Below are positions 20,644-30,450 of a stretch of DNA of 64,000 nt, in pieces (within the stretch, counting starts at the first letter, position 1; the number at the start of each line of letters is the position of its first letter). The position numbers were made by a program, and so were the translations under genes. Source of the DNA: an uncultured bacterium. GTDB taxonomy: Bacteria; Zixibacteria; MSB-5A5; GN15; FEB-12. The stretch is taken from the NCBI GenBank assembly GCA_965372795.1, contig CBDVDR010000002.1, positions 32,001 through 96,000 of the forward strand. Direction: 5' to 3'. A model generated the notes under the pieces. That model did not search any database. It was not told the DNA's origin and saw only the letters and a list, made by a program, of their open reading frames with translations.

Positions 20644-20724
20644 TTCTATTCCTTTTTAATCTTATACAATTTTTTCGATGGGAAAGATATATAAATTCGT
20701 TGGCATGTCCATACATTAATTCAA

Positions 20725-21843
20725 TTAAGGGTATAAAATTTCAAGAGCTGTTTTAAATGAATTGGCTGCACTGGAAGTGTCAGCAGACTTAAGATATGTT
20801 TTACCAATGTAGAAATGAATTAATGGATCTTTCAAATTCAACTCTAAAGCTTTATTTAAAGAATCCAAAGCTTCCTGATATTTGTTTTGTTCTGCAAGGC
20901 ATAAACCTAAATCCAAAAAGGCAGGGGTAAAGGCATAATCCAATTCAAGCGCTTTACCAAGCTTCACCAACGATTCCTCGACCTGATTATCCCTTAAAAG
21001 TGCCTGTCCGTAACCGGCCCAGGCTGCTACAAAGGTAGTGTCAAGTTCTGTTGCTTTTTTAAATGCTTCAATAGCTAATGGAACTTTGTCAAGACTTAGG
21101 TAAATTTCACCTCTTAAACTATATGGAACTGCAAAATTTGTATCGGCTTCTATAGAAAGCTCAAGATTTGATAAGGCTCGTTCGTAGCTTCTTTTGCGAT
21201 TGAGGTTGACGGCCAGACCATAATATCTCAAGGAGCGTTTTTTAGGACTGTATCCTTTTTTGACAACTGTTGTCACACTGGCTGATTTTAATCCAAGAAG
21301 GACCTCTATTGAATCAATGATTAAATCTTTAGTTGTTAGCGAATATCCGGCTGGTCCATACCGCAGGATTCCGCTTGAATCAAGAATTGCCGTCGAAGGG
21401 ACCGCAATAACACCAAATTCATAAAATATATCCAAACCATCATCAATTATAACCGGAAAGGGGAGGTCTTTGGCTGCAATCAAATCTAAGACTAATTGTC
21501 GTTGTTTACCGACCAATTCCTCGCTATCTACATTAATAGCAACTATCTTGACCGGCTTTTCTCCTAAATCATTATAAATTTCTTTTAAGGCATCTAATTC
21601 TTCCAGTGACCTTTTTGACCAGGAGGACCAGAATACTACGATTAGAAGATTATTATCTGCGGTATAAGCAGAAGTAGATATCTTTTCGCCTGTTTTAATA
21701 TCCAAACCGGTAACAGTTGGTGCTTTCATACCCTCATTTAGATACTTAAAAGCCGCGGTTGCCGATGGTACTAACAAAATCCCCGGTAAAACCAGAAGTA
21801 ATGTGACAAATACTTTTTTAAAGGTACTAAAATTCCAGATCAT
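20725..21843 (-). CDS. TlpA/ResA-like thioredoxin-fold + TPR protein lacking CXXC
   Basis: GMKAPTV...VVFWSSWSKRSLEEL...IVAINVD...FGVIAVPSTAILDSSG; C-terminal TPR repeats. Confidence 0.8.
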   Translation of the reverse strand: MIWNFSTFKKVFVTLLLVLPGILLVPSATAAFKYLNEGMKAPTVTGLDIKTGEKISTSAYTADNNLLIVVFWSSWSKRSLEELDALKEIYNDLGEKPVKIVAINVDSEELVGKQRQLVLDLIAAKDLPFPVIIDDGLDIFYEFGVIAVPSTAILDSSGILRYGPAGYSLTTKDLIIDSIEVLLGLKSASVTTVVKKGYSPKKRSLRYYGLAVNLNRKRSYERALSNLELSIEADTNFAVPYSLRGEIYLSLDKVPLAIEAFKKATELDTTFVAAWAGYGQALLRDNQVEESLVKLGKALELDYAFTPAFLDLGLCLAEQNKYQEALDSLNKALELNLKDPLIHFYIGKTYLKSADTSSAANSFKTALEILYP

Positions 21844-22376
21844 TTTTTCCCTTTCAAAAGTGTAAATTGGAGAACTTTCTGGAAAATTTCCACAGCCTGG
21901 GCTGTATCATTCTGTTCAAGCAGAGTTACACCTTTTAAATATAATGCCTCTCCTTGGCGGGGCTTAATAGCCAGAATATTATCTATTAATTCTGAGGCTC
22001 CGGTAACATTATTTTGGGCTAAATAAATTCTTGCCAGTGATATCTTCAATTTTGAAGATAGAGGCGCTTTTGAGATCCCATCTGTTAAGATTAATGTTGC
22101 TTGAGTTGTATCTCCGGATTGAACCAGAATTGAGGCTTTATAATAATGAGCATCAGGGTTTTTGGCATCAATGGCTAAAACAGAATCAAGCAGAGGAAGA
22201 GCCTCGGAAGCCTTATTATCATTAATAAGAGCTTTGGACTCTTTTAAAAAATGACGACTTAGTTTTACCCGTTTACGTTTTTCCTGAGCTGAGTCCGATA
22301 TTGTTTGTGAATAAGCATTGATCGGAACTCCGGCAATTATTAAAATACTCAACCAGACTAATAACGCTTTTTTCAT
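21840..22376 (-). CDS. Exported TPR-repeat protein
   Basis: Signal peptide; TPR helices (AHYYKA, ALYLKG...AVEIFQKVL). Confidence 0.8.
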   Translation of the reverse strand: MKKALLVWLSILIIAGVPINAYSQTISDSAQEKRKRVKLSRHFLKESKALINDNKASEALPLLDSVLAIDAKNPDAHYYKASILVQSGDTTQATLILTDGISKAPLSSKLKISLARIYLAQNNVTGASELIDNILAIKPRQGEALYLKGVTLLEQNDTAQAVEIFQKVLQFTLLKGKK

Positions 22377-23671
22377 TTCCTATGATATTCCTTTGGCGAA
22401 TGACAGCCTACTACACATTTACCGCCATCTGAAAATTTAGTAAATGTGACCGGGAGCTCCCAGTTCATTTTCCCAAATGGCACAGATTTACGAATATGCT
22501 TTTCCTGGCTCGAAGCGTGAACCTGATGACAGGCTTTACAACTTCTACCCTTAACTTCCTTATTGACATGTAGGAAATGCAAATTTATTTCTCCATCCCT
22601 AAAGTCCGTTAATGTAGTAGTTTTTTGGTCAAGTGCAATATCTTTATTGTGACATTCAAAACAACTGGCATAATTACTGGTTGAATATGAATTATAAAAC
22701 TCTTCTGGGAAATATTTTCTCAATATACGATGATTTTGACTTCCATGTGGATCATGACAGGCATTACAGTCACCATCTTTTATCGGACCATGTTTATGCG
22801 TTTGCTCTGAAACATATTCACCTAATTCGCTGTGACAAGTAAAACAAAGCTCTACTTGAGGTTTGTGGAACATACGGGGGTTATCTGAAGCATGAACATT
22901 ATGACATTGACTGCATTTTCCTTCAGATACCGGAGGATGTGGAAATTCTGCAGTAAGACTTGAAGCTAAATCTGTATGACAATCAAGACAAAGATCAGGT
23001 TCACTGGCTGGTAATAAGAATTTGTTTGTATTCGAATGGGGATTATGACAATTAGTGCAATCTTCTTCTACAGGCTTATGAATATGTCGTTTATCGGGGA
23101 TGTCTGCTTGTTCTTTGTGACAAATATAACAAATTTGCTCAGGCGGTTCTATCAACTGATTGACATTGGCGGAAGAATGAGGGTTATGGCAAACATTACA
23201 ATCACCAACTCCGACAGGACCATGGACAAATTCCATCGTGAAATCATCCTGTTTGTGACATTGGTAACACAGTTCTGAGGCATTTCCCTTTAATGAAAAT
23301 CGATTGTCAGATTGATGTGGATCATGACAGCCGACACAGTCACCATCTGCAACTGGAGTATGTAAGTGATCCTCAAGCATCATTTCACGATTATCCTCAT
23401 GACAATTGAAGCAAAGTTCTTCTCTTTCAGCTGTCAAGGTGAATTTATGTTTTTTACCTTCTACCGGGGCATGACAAATATTACAAATACCAGCTCCAAC
23501 CGGACCATGTACAAAGGCTTTGGTGCCCATATCCTCATGGCATTTAGACTTTACGCACCCTGCATCTGATTGTGCAAATGAGCAAAGCGGTATTAAGAAA
23601 AATAAGGTCAGGGTTGCAATTAATAATTTCACTTTATGCCTCCAATAAAAACTATGTATAATCTTATTCAA
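22373..23671 (-). CDS. Multiheme cytochrome c (13 CXXCH + CX4CH + CX3CH)
   Basis: Signal peptide; repeated HGPV...CxxCHxPH units; CVKSKCH and CVVGCH variants. Confidence 0.92.
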   Translation of the reverse strand: MNKIIHSFYWRHKVKLLIATLTLFFLIPLCSFAQSDAGCVKSKCHEDMGTKAFVHGPVGAGICNICHAPVEGKKHKFTLTAEREELCFNCHEDNREMMLEDHLHTPVADGDCVGCHDPHQSDNRFSLKGNASELCYQCHKQDDFTMEFVHGPVGVGDCNVCHNPHSSANVNQLIEPPEQICYICHKEQADIPDKRHIHKPVEEDCTNCHNPHSNTNKFLLPASEPDLCLDCHTDLASSLTAEFPHPPVSEGKCSQCHNVHASDNPRMFHKPQVELCFTCHSELGEYVSEQTHKHGPIKDGDCNACHDPHGSQNHRILRKYFPEEFYNSYSTSNYASCFECHNKDIALDQKTTTLTDFRDGEINLHFLHVNKEVKGRSCKACHQVHASSQEKHIRKSVPFGKMNWELPVTFTKFSDGGKCVVGCHSPKEYHRK

Positions 23672-23698
23672 TAGTCAAAAATAGGATACTCTATGACT

Positions 23699-23734
23699 AT
23701 GTGAAAATAATAACAAATGCCTCGACTTTGTCAA
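23699..23734 (-). promoter_or_regulatory. Sigma70-like promoter (TTGACA-N16-TATTAT) overlapped by a Rex/CRP-like palindrome
   Basis: ATGTGAAAATAATAACAA at 23699-23716; -35 at 23734-23729. Confidence 0.65.
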
Positions 23735-23824
23735 GGTATTGTTCATCTGAATATCTATTTTATTAGATCGGGGGATTCTCCCAAATCTTGACTTTTTCTT
23801 ATAAGATATTGTAGTAGAGGACTA

Positions 23825-23856
23825 TATGAGTTTCGTTTTGTGAAACGAAACTCATA
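23825..23856. repeat. Perfect 14-bp inverted repeat
   Basis: TATGAGTTTCGTTT-tgtg-AAACGAAACTCATA in the divergent intergenic region. Confidence 0.8.
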
Positions 23857-24102
23857 ATTTAGTCTAAATTAAATTCCATCATTATATCAATTCCTGATGG
23901 TCTCAGCATCATTAATACTTTTATACCTATGTTTTAATATCAACTGTGGATTTACTCATATAGCTGTGATAAATTTTATAACCCGTTTATGGAACATTCT
24001 ATTTATAAATCCGTTTGAAAAGGTTGAATAATAAACACATTCAACTATATTAGTTTCTTGAAATTATTGATTTTTATATAAATTAGACTAGGGAAGACAC
24101 AA

Positions 24103-24642
24103 ATGGAAAACCTTTTTAAACAACTTCTTATAGATATTGGCGAAGATACTAACCGCGAGGGTTTACTGAAAACCCCGATGAGGGCTGCTAAAGCATATAA
24201 ATTCTTGACCAAAGGGTACTCAGAAGATCTCGACAAAATTATTAACAACGCTATTTTCGAAACTGATACCAGCGAAATGGTTCTCGTGAAAAATATCGAA
24301 CTCTATTCAATGTGCGAACATCATCTGCTGCCGTTTATTGGAAAATGCCATGTCGCTTATATCCCCAATGGAAAAGTAATAGGACTTTCTAAAATTGCCA
24401 GAATTGTTGATGTCTTTGCCCGTCGCTTACAAATTCAGGAAAATCTTACCCGGCAAATAGCTGATACGGTTCAAAAATATACCGATGCGGTCGGCGTGGC
24501 GGTTGTTATTGAAGCCCAGCATTTATGTATGATGATGCGCGGTGTTGAAAAACAAAATTCAGTTATGATAACCTCGTGTGTCCTGGGTGAACTCCACGAT
24601 GACCCGTCAACCCGGGCAGAGTTTTTCAGTCTAATTAAATAA
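24103..24642 (+). CDS. folE: GTP cyclohydrolase I
   Basis: [43 protein letters not shown]. Confidence 0.97.
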   Translation: MENLFKQLLIDIGEDTNREGLLKTPMRAAKAYKFLTKGYSEDLDKIINNAIFETDTSEMVLVKNIELYSMCEHHLLPFIGKCHVAYIPNGKVIGLSKIARIVDVFARRLQIQENLTRQIADTVQKYTDAVGVAVVIEAQHLCMMMRGVEKQNSVMITSCVLGELHDDPSTRAEFFSLIK

Positions 24643-24652
24643 GGGGAGACAA

Positions 24653-25864
24653 ATGCTCCTTACGGTCAGCAAGAGGTTCGAATTTTCATCCTCGCACCGT
24701 TACTTTATCAAATCACTGTCTGAGCCGGAAAATTATAAGCTCTTTGGTGATAAATCAAAAGGCAATTACGGCCATGGTCATAACTATGTCGTTTATTTCC
24801 AGTTTACCGGAGCAATAGATCATAAAACCGGCATGGTTATAAATGTTGCCGATATAAAAAATGCTGTCCTGCCCCTGCTTGAAAAAAAGTACGATCATAA
24901 ATTTCTAAACCTCGATACCAAACCGTTTGACAAAATTCTACCAACTCCCGAAAATCTTTCAATAGCATTGTTCAATGATGTCGCTGACCTTTTTAAAAAC
25001 TCAAATATCAAATTACATGCCTGCCGACTTGATGAAACCGGACAATGCTCTACCAAAACTTTTTCAGCCGGACAAATTGAGCGAACTCTAAAGCTCGATT
25101 TCTCCGCCGCCCGTAGAACCTGCTCGCCCCATCTTACCGACAAAGAAAACGAACAGCTCTTCGGCGTCGCATCGTCACCCACCGGGCATGGCCATCACTA
25201 TCAAACCTATATAACCCTCACGGATAAATTTGATGAACAAAAAGGGATGGTTGTCCCCGATGTCGAATCAGAACCGGTACTGCAACGGCTGTTTGATGAG
25301 CTTGACCATCGCAATCTTAATCTTGAAGTCAAGGCGTTGTCGGCTCTTCCGGTAACAACCGAAATTATCTCAAGATATATTTTTGATCGCTTAAAAAAAG
25401 AACTGCCGGTTACAAAAATAAGACTGCTTGAAAACGAAAACTTTTTCGTTGAATATGATAATAATAACAATTTCCGGATGGGCGTTAAACAATCCTTTTA
25501 TTCAGCTCACCGACTCAACAGCAGCGAACTTTCTGAAAATGAAAATCTTTCGCTCTACGGCAAATGCAATAACTTGCATGGTCATGGTCACCAGTATTTT
25601 GTCGAATGTGTTGTCGATGGCAACATCGATGAACGCACCGGCACTATCGGTGATCTGGTTGGACTAAATAACAAACTGAAGCTTGTCCTTGATGACTGGA
25701 ACTATCGCCACCTCGATCTGGAAACCGATGATTTTAAAAATCTTCCAACAACCGGTGAAAATATCGTATCAGTCTTATGGGAGAAACTCGAAAAATCTAT
25801 AAATAATTTATACCAGATCAAACTATGGGAAACCCCCAATAATTGCTTTACTCTAAAAAAGTAA
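24653..25864 (+). CDS. 6-pyruvoyl-tetrahydropterin synthase family protein with three tandem T-fold domains
   Basis: Three units: FSSSHR..GHGHNY..DHKFLN..PTPEN; FSAARR..GHGHHY..DHRNLN..VTTE; FYSAHR..CNNLHGHGHQY..YRHLD..TTGEN..WETPNN. Confidence 0.88.
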   Translation: MLLTVSKRFEFSSSHRYFIKSLSEPENYKLFGDKSKGNYGHGHNYVVYFQFTGAIDHKTGMVINVADIKNAVLPLLEKKYDHKFLNLDTKPFDKILPTPENLSIALFNDVADLFKNSNIKLHACRLDETGQCSTKTFSAGQIERTLKLDFSAARRTCSPHLTDKENEQLFGVASSPTGHGHHYQTYITLTDKFDEQKGMVVPDVESEPVLQRLFDELDHRNLNLEVKALSALPVTTEIISRYIFDRLKKELPVTKIRLLENENFFVEYDNNNNFRMGVKQSFYSAHRLNSSELSENENLSLYGKCNNLHGHGHQYFVECVVDGNIDERTGTIGDLVGLNNKLKLVLDDWNYRHLDLETDDFKNLPTTGENIVSVLWEKLEKSINNLYQIKLWETPNNCFTLKK

Positions 25865-25877
25865 CACCGGAGGAATT

Positions 25878-26570
25878 TTGAAAAACTGTTTTATAACCGG
25901 AGCCAGCCGGGGAGTAGGCCGCGCAGCAGCCCTGGAACTTTCTAAAAATTATGATCATATCTATATCCTCGGAAGAGACCGCTCCGCTTTAGAAAACACA
26001 GCAAAATTAATTAAAAATAATAACAGTACACCACACATCATTGAAGGTGATTTTTCAACTGTCGACGGTATAAAATCTGTGATAGATAAGATTAAAGACA
26101 TTTCATTTCATGCCATTATTAATAACGCCGGCATTGCAGAAATTAGCAGTCTGAAAAATATGACCATTGAGTTCTGGAACAAAACCTTCAACGTCAATGT
26201 CACCGCGCCGTTTTTGATCTCTCAAGCCCTCTTTGAAAATATGCCCGAAGGCAGTTCTATCGTCAACATCCTTTCAGTCGCATCAAAAAAAGGCTTCCCC
26301 GAATGGAGCAGTTATTGCATGAGTAAATATGCCCTGGATGGTTTTTCTCTCGCTATCCGGGAAGAGCTAAGAGAACGAAAGATCAGGGTGGTTAATATTT
26401 ATCCCGGCGCCATTGATACCGATATCTGGAATTCTTTACCCGGTGAATGGCCCCTTGATAAGATGATGAAACCCGACCAAATTGCCAAAGCCATCAGCTT
26501 TGCTCTTGATCGTCCGGACAATGTGCTGATTGAGGATATTACTATTACTAATTCATCCGGGAATTTTTAA
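25878..26570 (+). CDS. Short-chain dehydrogenase, sepiapterin-reductase-like
   Basis: TGASRGVG, NNAG, YCMSK, PGAIDTDIW, MMKPDQIA and terminal SGNF resemble the Chlorobium-type sepiapterin reductase as I recall it; operonic with folE and PTPS. Confidence 0.75.
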   Translation: MKNCFITGASRGVGRAAALELSKNYDHIYILGRDRSALENTAKLIKNNNSTPHIIEGDFSTVDGIKSVIDKIKDISFHAIINNAGIAEISSLKNMTIEFWNKTFNVNVTAPFLISQALFENMPEGSSIVNILSVASKKGFPEWSSYCMSKYALDGFSLAIREELRERKIRVVNIYPGAIDTDIWNSLPGEWPLDKMMKPDQIAKAISFALDRPDNVLIEDITITNSSGNF

Positions 26571-28366
26571 TCGAGAAGTGACAACCCGTCATAAATCAAT
26601 TTGGAATACTTGTCGTTGGTTTTTGCCATCTCAAATAAATAACTGTTAATCTCAAGCGTTAAGGGATGCTTGGCTTCCTTTGATATTAATAGCTCAAGCA
26701 TCTCAAGCGGCAACAGCCATTCATCCGGATACTGGTTTTTAAGTTCATCCCAAATCTCAGGAATCAATTTACAGTCGACTTTGTTATTACGACATTCTCT
26801 GACCAGATTATATAGAGCATGAAGCCGTCTTTCTTTATCACAATAATCTGATTTGATTGTCCGTTCCATGGGTACCAGATCATCCTGATCGTAAGCATCT
26901 TTATCCGCCGCCCCGCAAAATACAGACATGATATTCTCTCCGACCGCCATATCAAATTTGCCCCATTGCGGATCAAATAAAATCTTCTCTCCATATTTAA
27001 CCGTGCAATTTTCAAAAGTCATCAAAACGATATTTTCATTTATACAGGCAATGTCAAGAAGCATCCCCGTTAAAATTATACCATTCTCAAAATTTAATTC
27101 GGTTTGATTTCCAACCGTTATATTATTTTTGTAAAGTTCTTCATTGGTCATCGCTTCAATCGGTTTGTCAATTCCGACAAGTTTCCCAATCGGCGAGCCG
27201 AACCCGTCTTTATGATAATCTTTTCCATGACCCTCAATTTGCTTATTGTTATAAGCCAGTGCGGTCGGAGCCTCAGAATTAATATAGATCGGTTGATTAT
27301 CACCATCACAAAGCACCGTCTTGATCCAACCCGAAACTTGAAGACCGGAACTGTAAACTATGGTTGAAATATTTTTACATTCTATCGCTTTATTGATTCC
27401 CTCAAGACCTCCGGTTTGAAAAGCCATGCCCGAGGCAAACTGATTTAGGACCTCAGTCAAATTATCAAAATCAGGAGTCACAAAAAGCTGGGGTTGTTTG
27501 TTGGTGATATCAAATGCATAATCAGCAGTGTCCAGATTATATTCAATCTTCTTAACGCCATTTTCAAGGCAGCTCGATGATTCACCAATAGAAGAAAGCA
27601 GTCCGGCGCCGTATATTTTTGGATTATTAATATCTCCGATTAAACCATATTCGACCGTCCACCAATGTAGGCGACTCAACAGAGCCATCTCCGAAGGTTC
27701 GCCAAGATTATCCTGCTTCATCTCAACATCTTTTTCAGCTTTCAAAATTTCCCGACGGTCATAGCCGGGCATCTCTTTAATTATCGAAAGATGTCGGATC
27801 GCTTCGTACAATTCAAAATCTTTTTTTGATGACATCGCTTTTGAACCTATTTCACCAATCCGGTGAAGGTAATCGGCATACTTGGGGTCAGCGATGATCG
27901 GTGCATGACCGGCGGCTTCATGAACGATATCAGGGGCCGGAGTATATTCTATGTTTTCTAACTGCCGGATGTCGGCGGCTATCACCAAAACATTATAAGC
28001 CTGAAACTCCATAAATGCTGCCGGCGGGATAAACCCGTCAACCGTAACAGCTGCCCATCCCATTTTACCAAGGGCTTCATTCATCTGCTCAATACTGGGA
28101 ATATGATCGATACTAATCCCGGTCTTTATCAATCCTTCAACATAGGATTCATGAGCATGGTCTTTTAGATAGCTGTAGTTCTGACGCATGATATAACGCC
28201 AGACAGCATGATTGATCGGCGTATACTCATTATATTTTTGATCAATGATGAACTTTTTTAGATGGTTCGGAAGTCGTTTCAAATTGGCGTTGTCAAGATA
28301 GCTTGACTTGGTCGATGAACCGATTGCTGTTATCTCTTTTTCCGGAGAGGAATCCTGTTTCCCCAT
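26567..28366 (-). CDS. phhA: Pterin-dependent aromatic amino acid (phenylalanine) hydroxylase, long form
   Basis: YTPAPDIVHEAAGHAP iron motif, WWTVEYGL, YGAGLLSSIGE; about 280-aa C-terminal extension. Confidence 0.9.
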   Translation of the reverse strand: MGKQDSSPEKEITAIGSSTKSSYLDNANLKRLPNHLKKFIIDQKYNEYTPINHAVWRYIMRQNYSYLKDHAHESYVEGLIKTGISIDHIPSIEQMNEALGKMGWAAVTVDGFIPPAAFMEFQAYNVLVIAADIRQLENIEYTPAPDIVHEAAGHAPIIADPKYADYLHRIGEIGSKAMSSKKDFELYEAIRHLSIIKEMPGYDRREILKAEKDVEMKQDNLGEPSEMALLSRLHWWTVEYGLIGDINNPKIYGAGLLSSIGESSSCLENGVKKIEYNLDTADYAFDITNKQPQLFVTPDFDNLTEVLNQFASGMAFQTGGLEGINKAIECKNISTIVYSSGLQVSGWIKTVLCDGDNQPIYINSEAPTALAYNNKQIEGHGKDYHKDGFGSPIGKLVGIDKPIEAMTNEELYKNNITVGNQTELNFENGIILTGMLLDIACINENIVLMTFENCTVKYGEKILFDPQWGKFDMAVGENIMSVFCGAADKDAYDQDDLVPMERTIKSDYCDKERRLHALYNLVRECRNNKVDCKLIPEIWDELKNQYPDEWLLPLEMLELLISKEAKHPLTLEINSYLFEMAKTNDKYSKLIYDGLSLLD

Positions 28367-28470
28367 AACTCTTCAACTCCTAATTGTAGAATAAGTAACG
28401 TGTGTCAATCTGATCTATTATACAAGTAATTAAAATCCAGCTCCATTGGCAACAAATATTTATAAAATAA

Positions 28471-30426
28471 TTATTTCTCGATAATATTATGAAGGTATTT
28501 AAATGCCTCAAACTGTTTAAGTGACTCGGGGTTAGCCAGGGCATCAAAATTCGTTATCGGTCGGTTGTGAATCAGATTGGTAACGGCTATCTCAACTTTT
28601 TTCCCGTTCAACGTTCTCGGAATATCATTCACCTCAAATATTTTTGAGGGGACATGACGGGGCGAGGTCTTATCTCTGATCGAATTTTTAATCTTATCGA
28701 TCAGTTCATCATCAAGTTTTAACCCTTCGGATAATACCACAAATAGCACAATCTCAGTGTCACTGCCAACCTTAACCCCGATCACGATACTTTCAACAAT
28801 CTCATCCATCGCCTCAACCGGTCCATAAATCTCCGCGGTCCCGATCCTGACTCCGCCCGGATTAAGGGTCGCATCCGAACGACCATAAACAACAACCGTT
28901 CCCTCGGTCGTAATCTTGATATAATCACCGTGATGCCAAATATCTTTATAGCGATTAAAATATGCCTTAAAATATAACTCATCATTTTTATCATTCCAGA
29001 AACAGACCGGCATCGAGGGGAAGGGCTTGGTGCACACCAGTTCGCCGACCTCATTTAAAATAGATTCACCCGACTGATCAAAGGTCTCAACCGCCATCCC
29101 CAAACCGCGGCATTGTATCTGTTCTGAATAGACCGGCAGATTTGGATTACCCAGCATGAAACATGAGATGATATCCGTCCCGCCGGAGATTGATGACAAC
29201 TGCACTTCCGCTTTAACCTTGTCATACACCCACCGATAATTTTCATCCGCCAGCGGCGCACCCGTTGAGAGTATTGTTTTTAATTTAGAAAGAGAGTATT
29301 CCGTTTTTGGTATCAACCTTCTAACCTGACAGGTTGATAAAAATTTTGGTGAGGTCCCAAAAACCGTTACCCCAACCTTTTCAGCCGCTTCCCATAATAC
29401 ATTCAAATTAGGAAATGAGGGCGACCCGTCATACAAAAAGATGGTCGCTCCCTGTGATAGCGAACCAACCAGCCAGTTCCACATCATCCACCCGGTCGTT
29501 GTGTAATAAAAAACAACATCATCCCGACTAATATTTGTATGCAGTTTATGTTCTTTATAATGTTGTATAAATGTCCCGCCGGCTGAATGAACAATACACT
29601 TTGGCGCTCCGGTTGTCCCCGATGAATACATTATATAAAGCGGATGATCAAACGGGAGCTGTTCAAATTCTATCTGATCTTTTTTCTCAGACAACAGCTC
29701 TTCCCAGATCATTATTTTGGTTATCACCGTCAATTCGATTTTATCCGATGATGTTACAATGACCACCTGTTCTATCGAGGGGATCTGCTCAACCAGCTGA
29801 ATTATTTTATCATTTAAATCATATTTTTTATCATTGTAAAAATAGCTGTCGGTTGTAACTAAAATCTTCGGTTGGATCTGACCAAAGCGATCCATCACAC
29901 TCTTAAAACCAAAATCCGGCGAGCACGAAGAATAAAGCGCCCCGATAGCTCCGGCGGCAAGCATCGTTATCACAGCTTCCGGAACATTCGGCAGTAATAC
30001 TGCTATCCGGTCATTACTTGATAATCCCAGCTTTCTTAATCCGGCTGTACATGAGGCAACGCTTTGATATAATTCAGCATAAGTATAAGTGATCGGTTCC
30101 CGTTTTTCACGCCAGTGAATAATCGCCCTTTTATCATCGCGATACTTTAATAAATTTTCACTGTAATTTAGCTTCGCACCCTCAAACCATTTGGATTTAA
30201 ACATCCCGTCACCGGAAAGAACTGACTCATATTTTTGTGAATGAATTATCTCCGAATGATCCCAAACCGTTTCCCAAAACTGTTCAACATTGTCAACCGA
30301 CCAATGATAGAGTTCATCATATGAGACAAATCGATGCCCGAATTTCGTATTCACAAAATTCATGAACTCGGTCATGTTCGAGCTTCTTATTTGATCTGCC
30401 GTAGGTGTCCAGAAAGGTTTTTCCAT
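28471..30426 (-). CDS. Acetoacetate--CoA ligase
   Basis: YIMYSSGTTGAPKCIVH, WMMWNW, SISGGTDI, GRSDATLNPGGVRIG. Confidence 0.92.
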   Translation of the reverse strand: MEKPFWTPTADQIRSSNMTEFMNFVNTKFGHRFVSYDELYHWSVDNVEQFWETVWDHSEIIHSQKYESVLSGDGMFKSKWFEGAKLNYSENLLKYRDDKRAIIHWREKREPITYTYAELYQSVASCTAGLRKLGLSSNDRIAVLLPNVPEAVITMLAAGAIGALYSSCSPDFGFKSVMDRFGQIQPKILVTTDSYFYNDKKYDLNDKIIQLVEQIPSIEQVVIVTSSDKIELTVITKIMIWEELLSEKKDQIEFEQLPFDHPLYIMYSSGTTGAPKCIVHSAGGTFIQHYKEHKLHTNISRDDVVFYYTTTGWMMWNWLVGSLSQGATIFLYDGSPSFPNLNVLWEAAEKVGVTVFGTSPKFLSTCQVRRLIPKTEYSLSKLKTILSTGAPLADENYRWVYDKVKAEVQLSSISGGTDIISCFMLGNPNLPVYSEQIQCRGLGMAVETFDQSGESILNEVGELVCTKPFPSMPVCFWNDKNDELYFKAYFNRYKDIWHHGDYIKITTEGTVVVYGRSDATLNPGGVRIGTAEIYGPVEAMDEIVESIVIGVKVGSDTEIVLFVVLSEGLKLDDELIDKIKNSIRDKTSPRHVPSKIFEVNDIPRTLNGKKVEIAVTNLIHNRPITNFDALANPESLKQFEAFKYLHNIIEK

Positions 30427-30450
30427 AACAGACTCTGCTAACTATCGGGA

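Noticed and set aside
23944..23981. Additional weak Rex/CRP-like sites upstream of folE
   Set aside because: Four or more mismatches to the consensus in AT-rich DNA.
24653..25864. queD for queuosine or 7-deazaguanine DNA modification
   Set aside because: No queC, queE or dpd genes are nearby; the CNNxxGHGH motif and SDR/phhA context favour biopterin synthesis.
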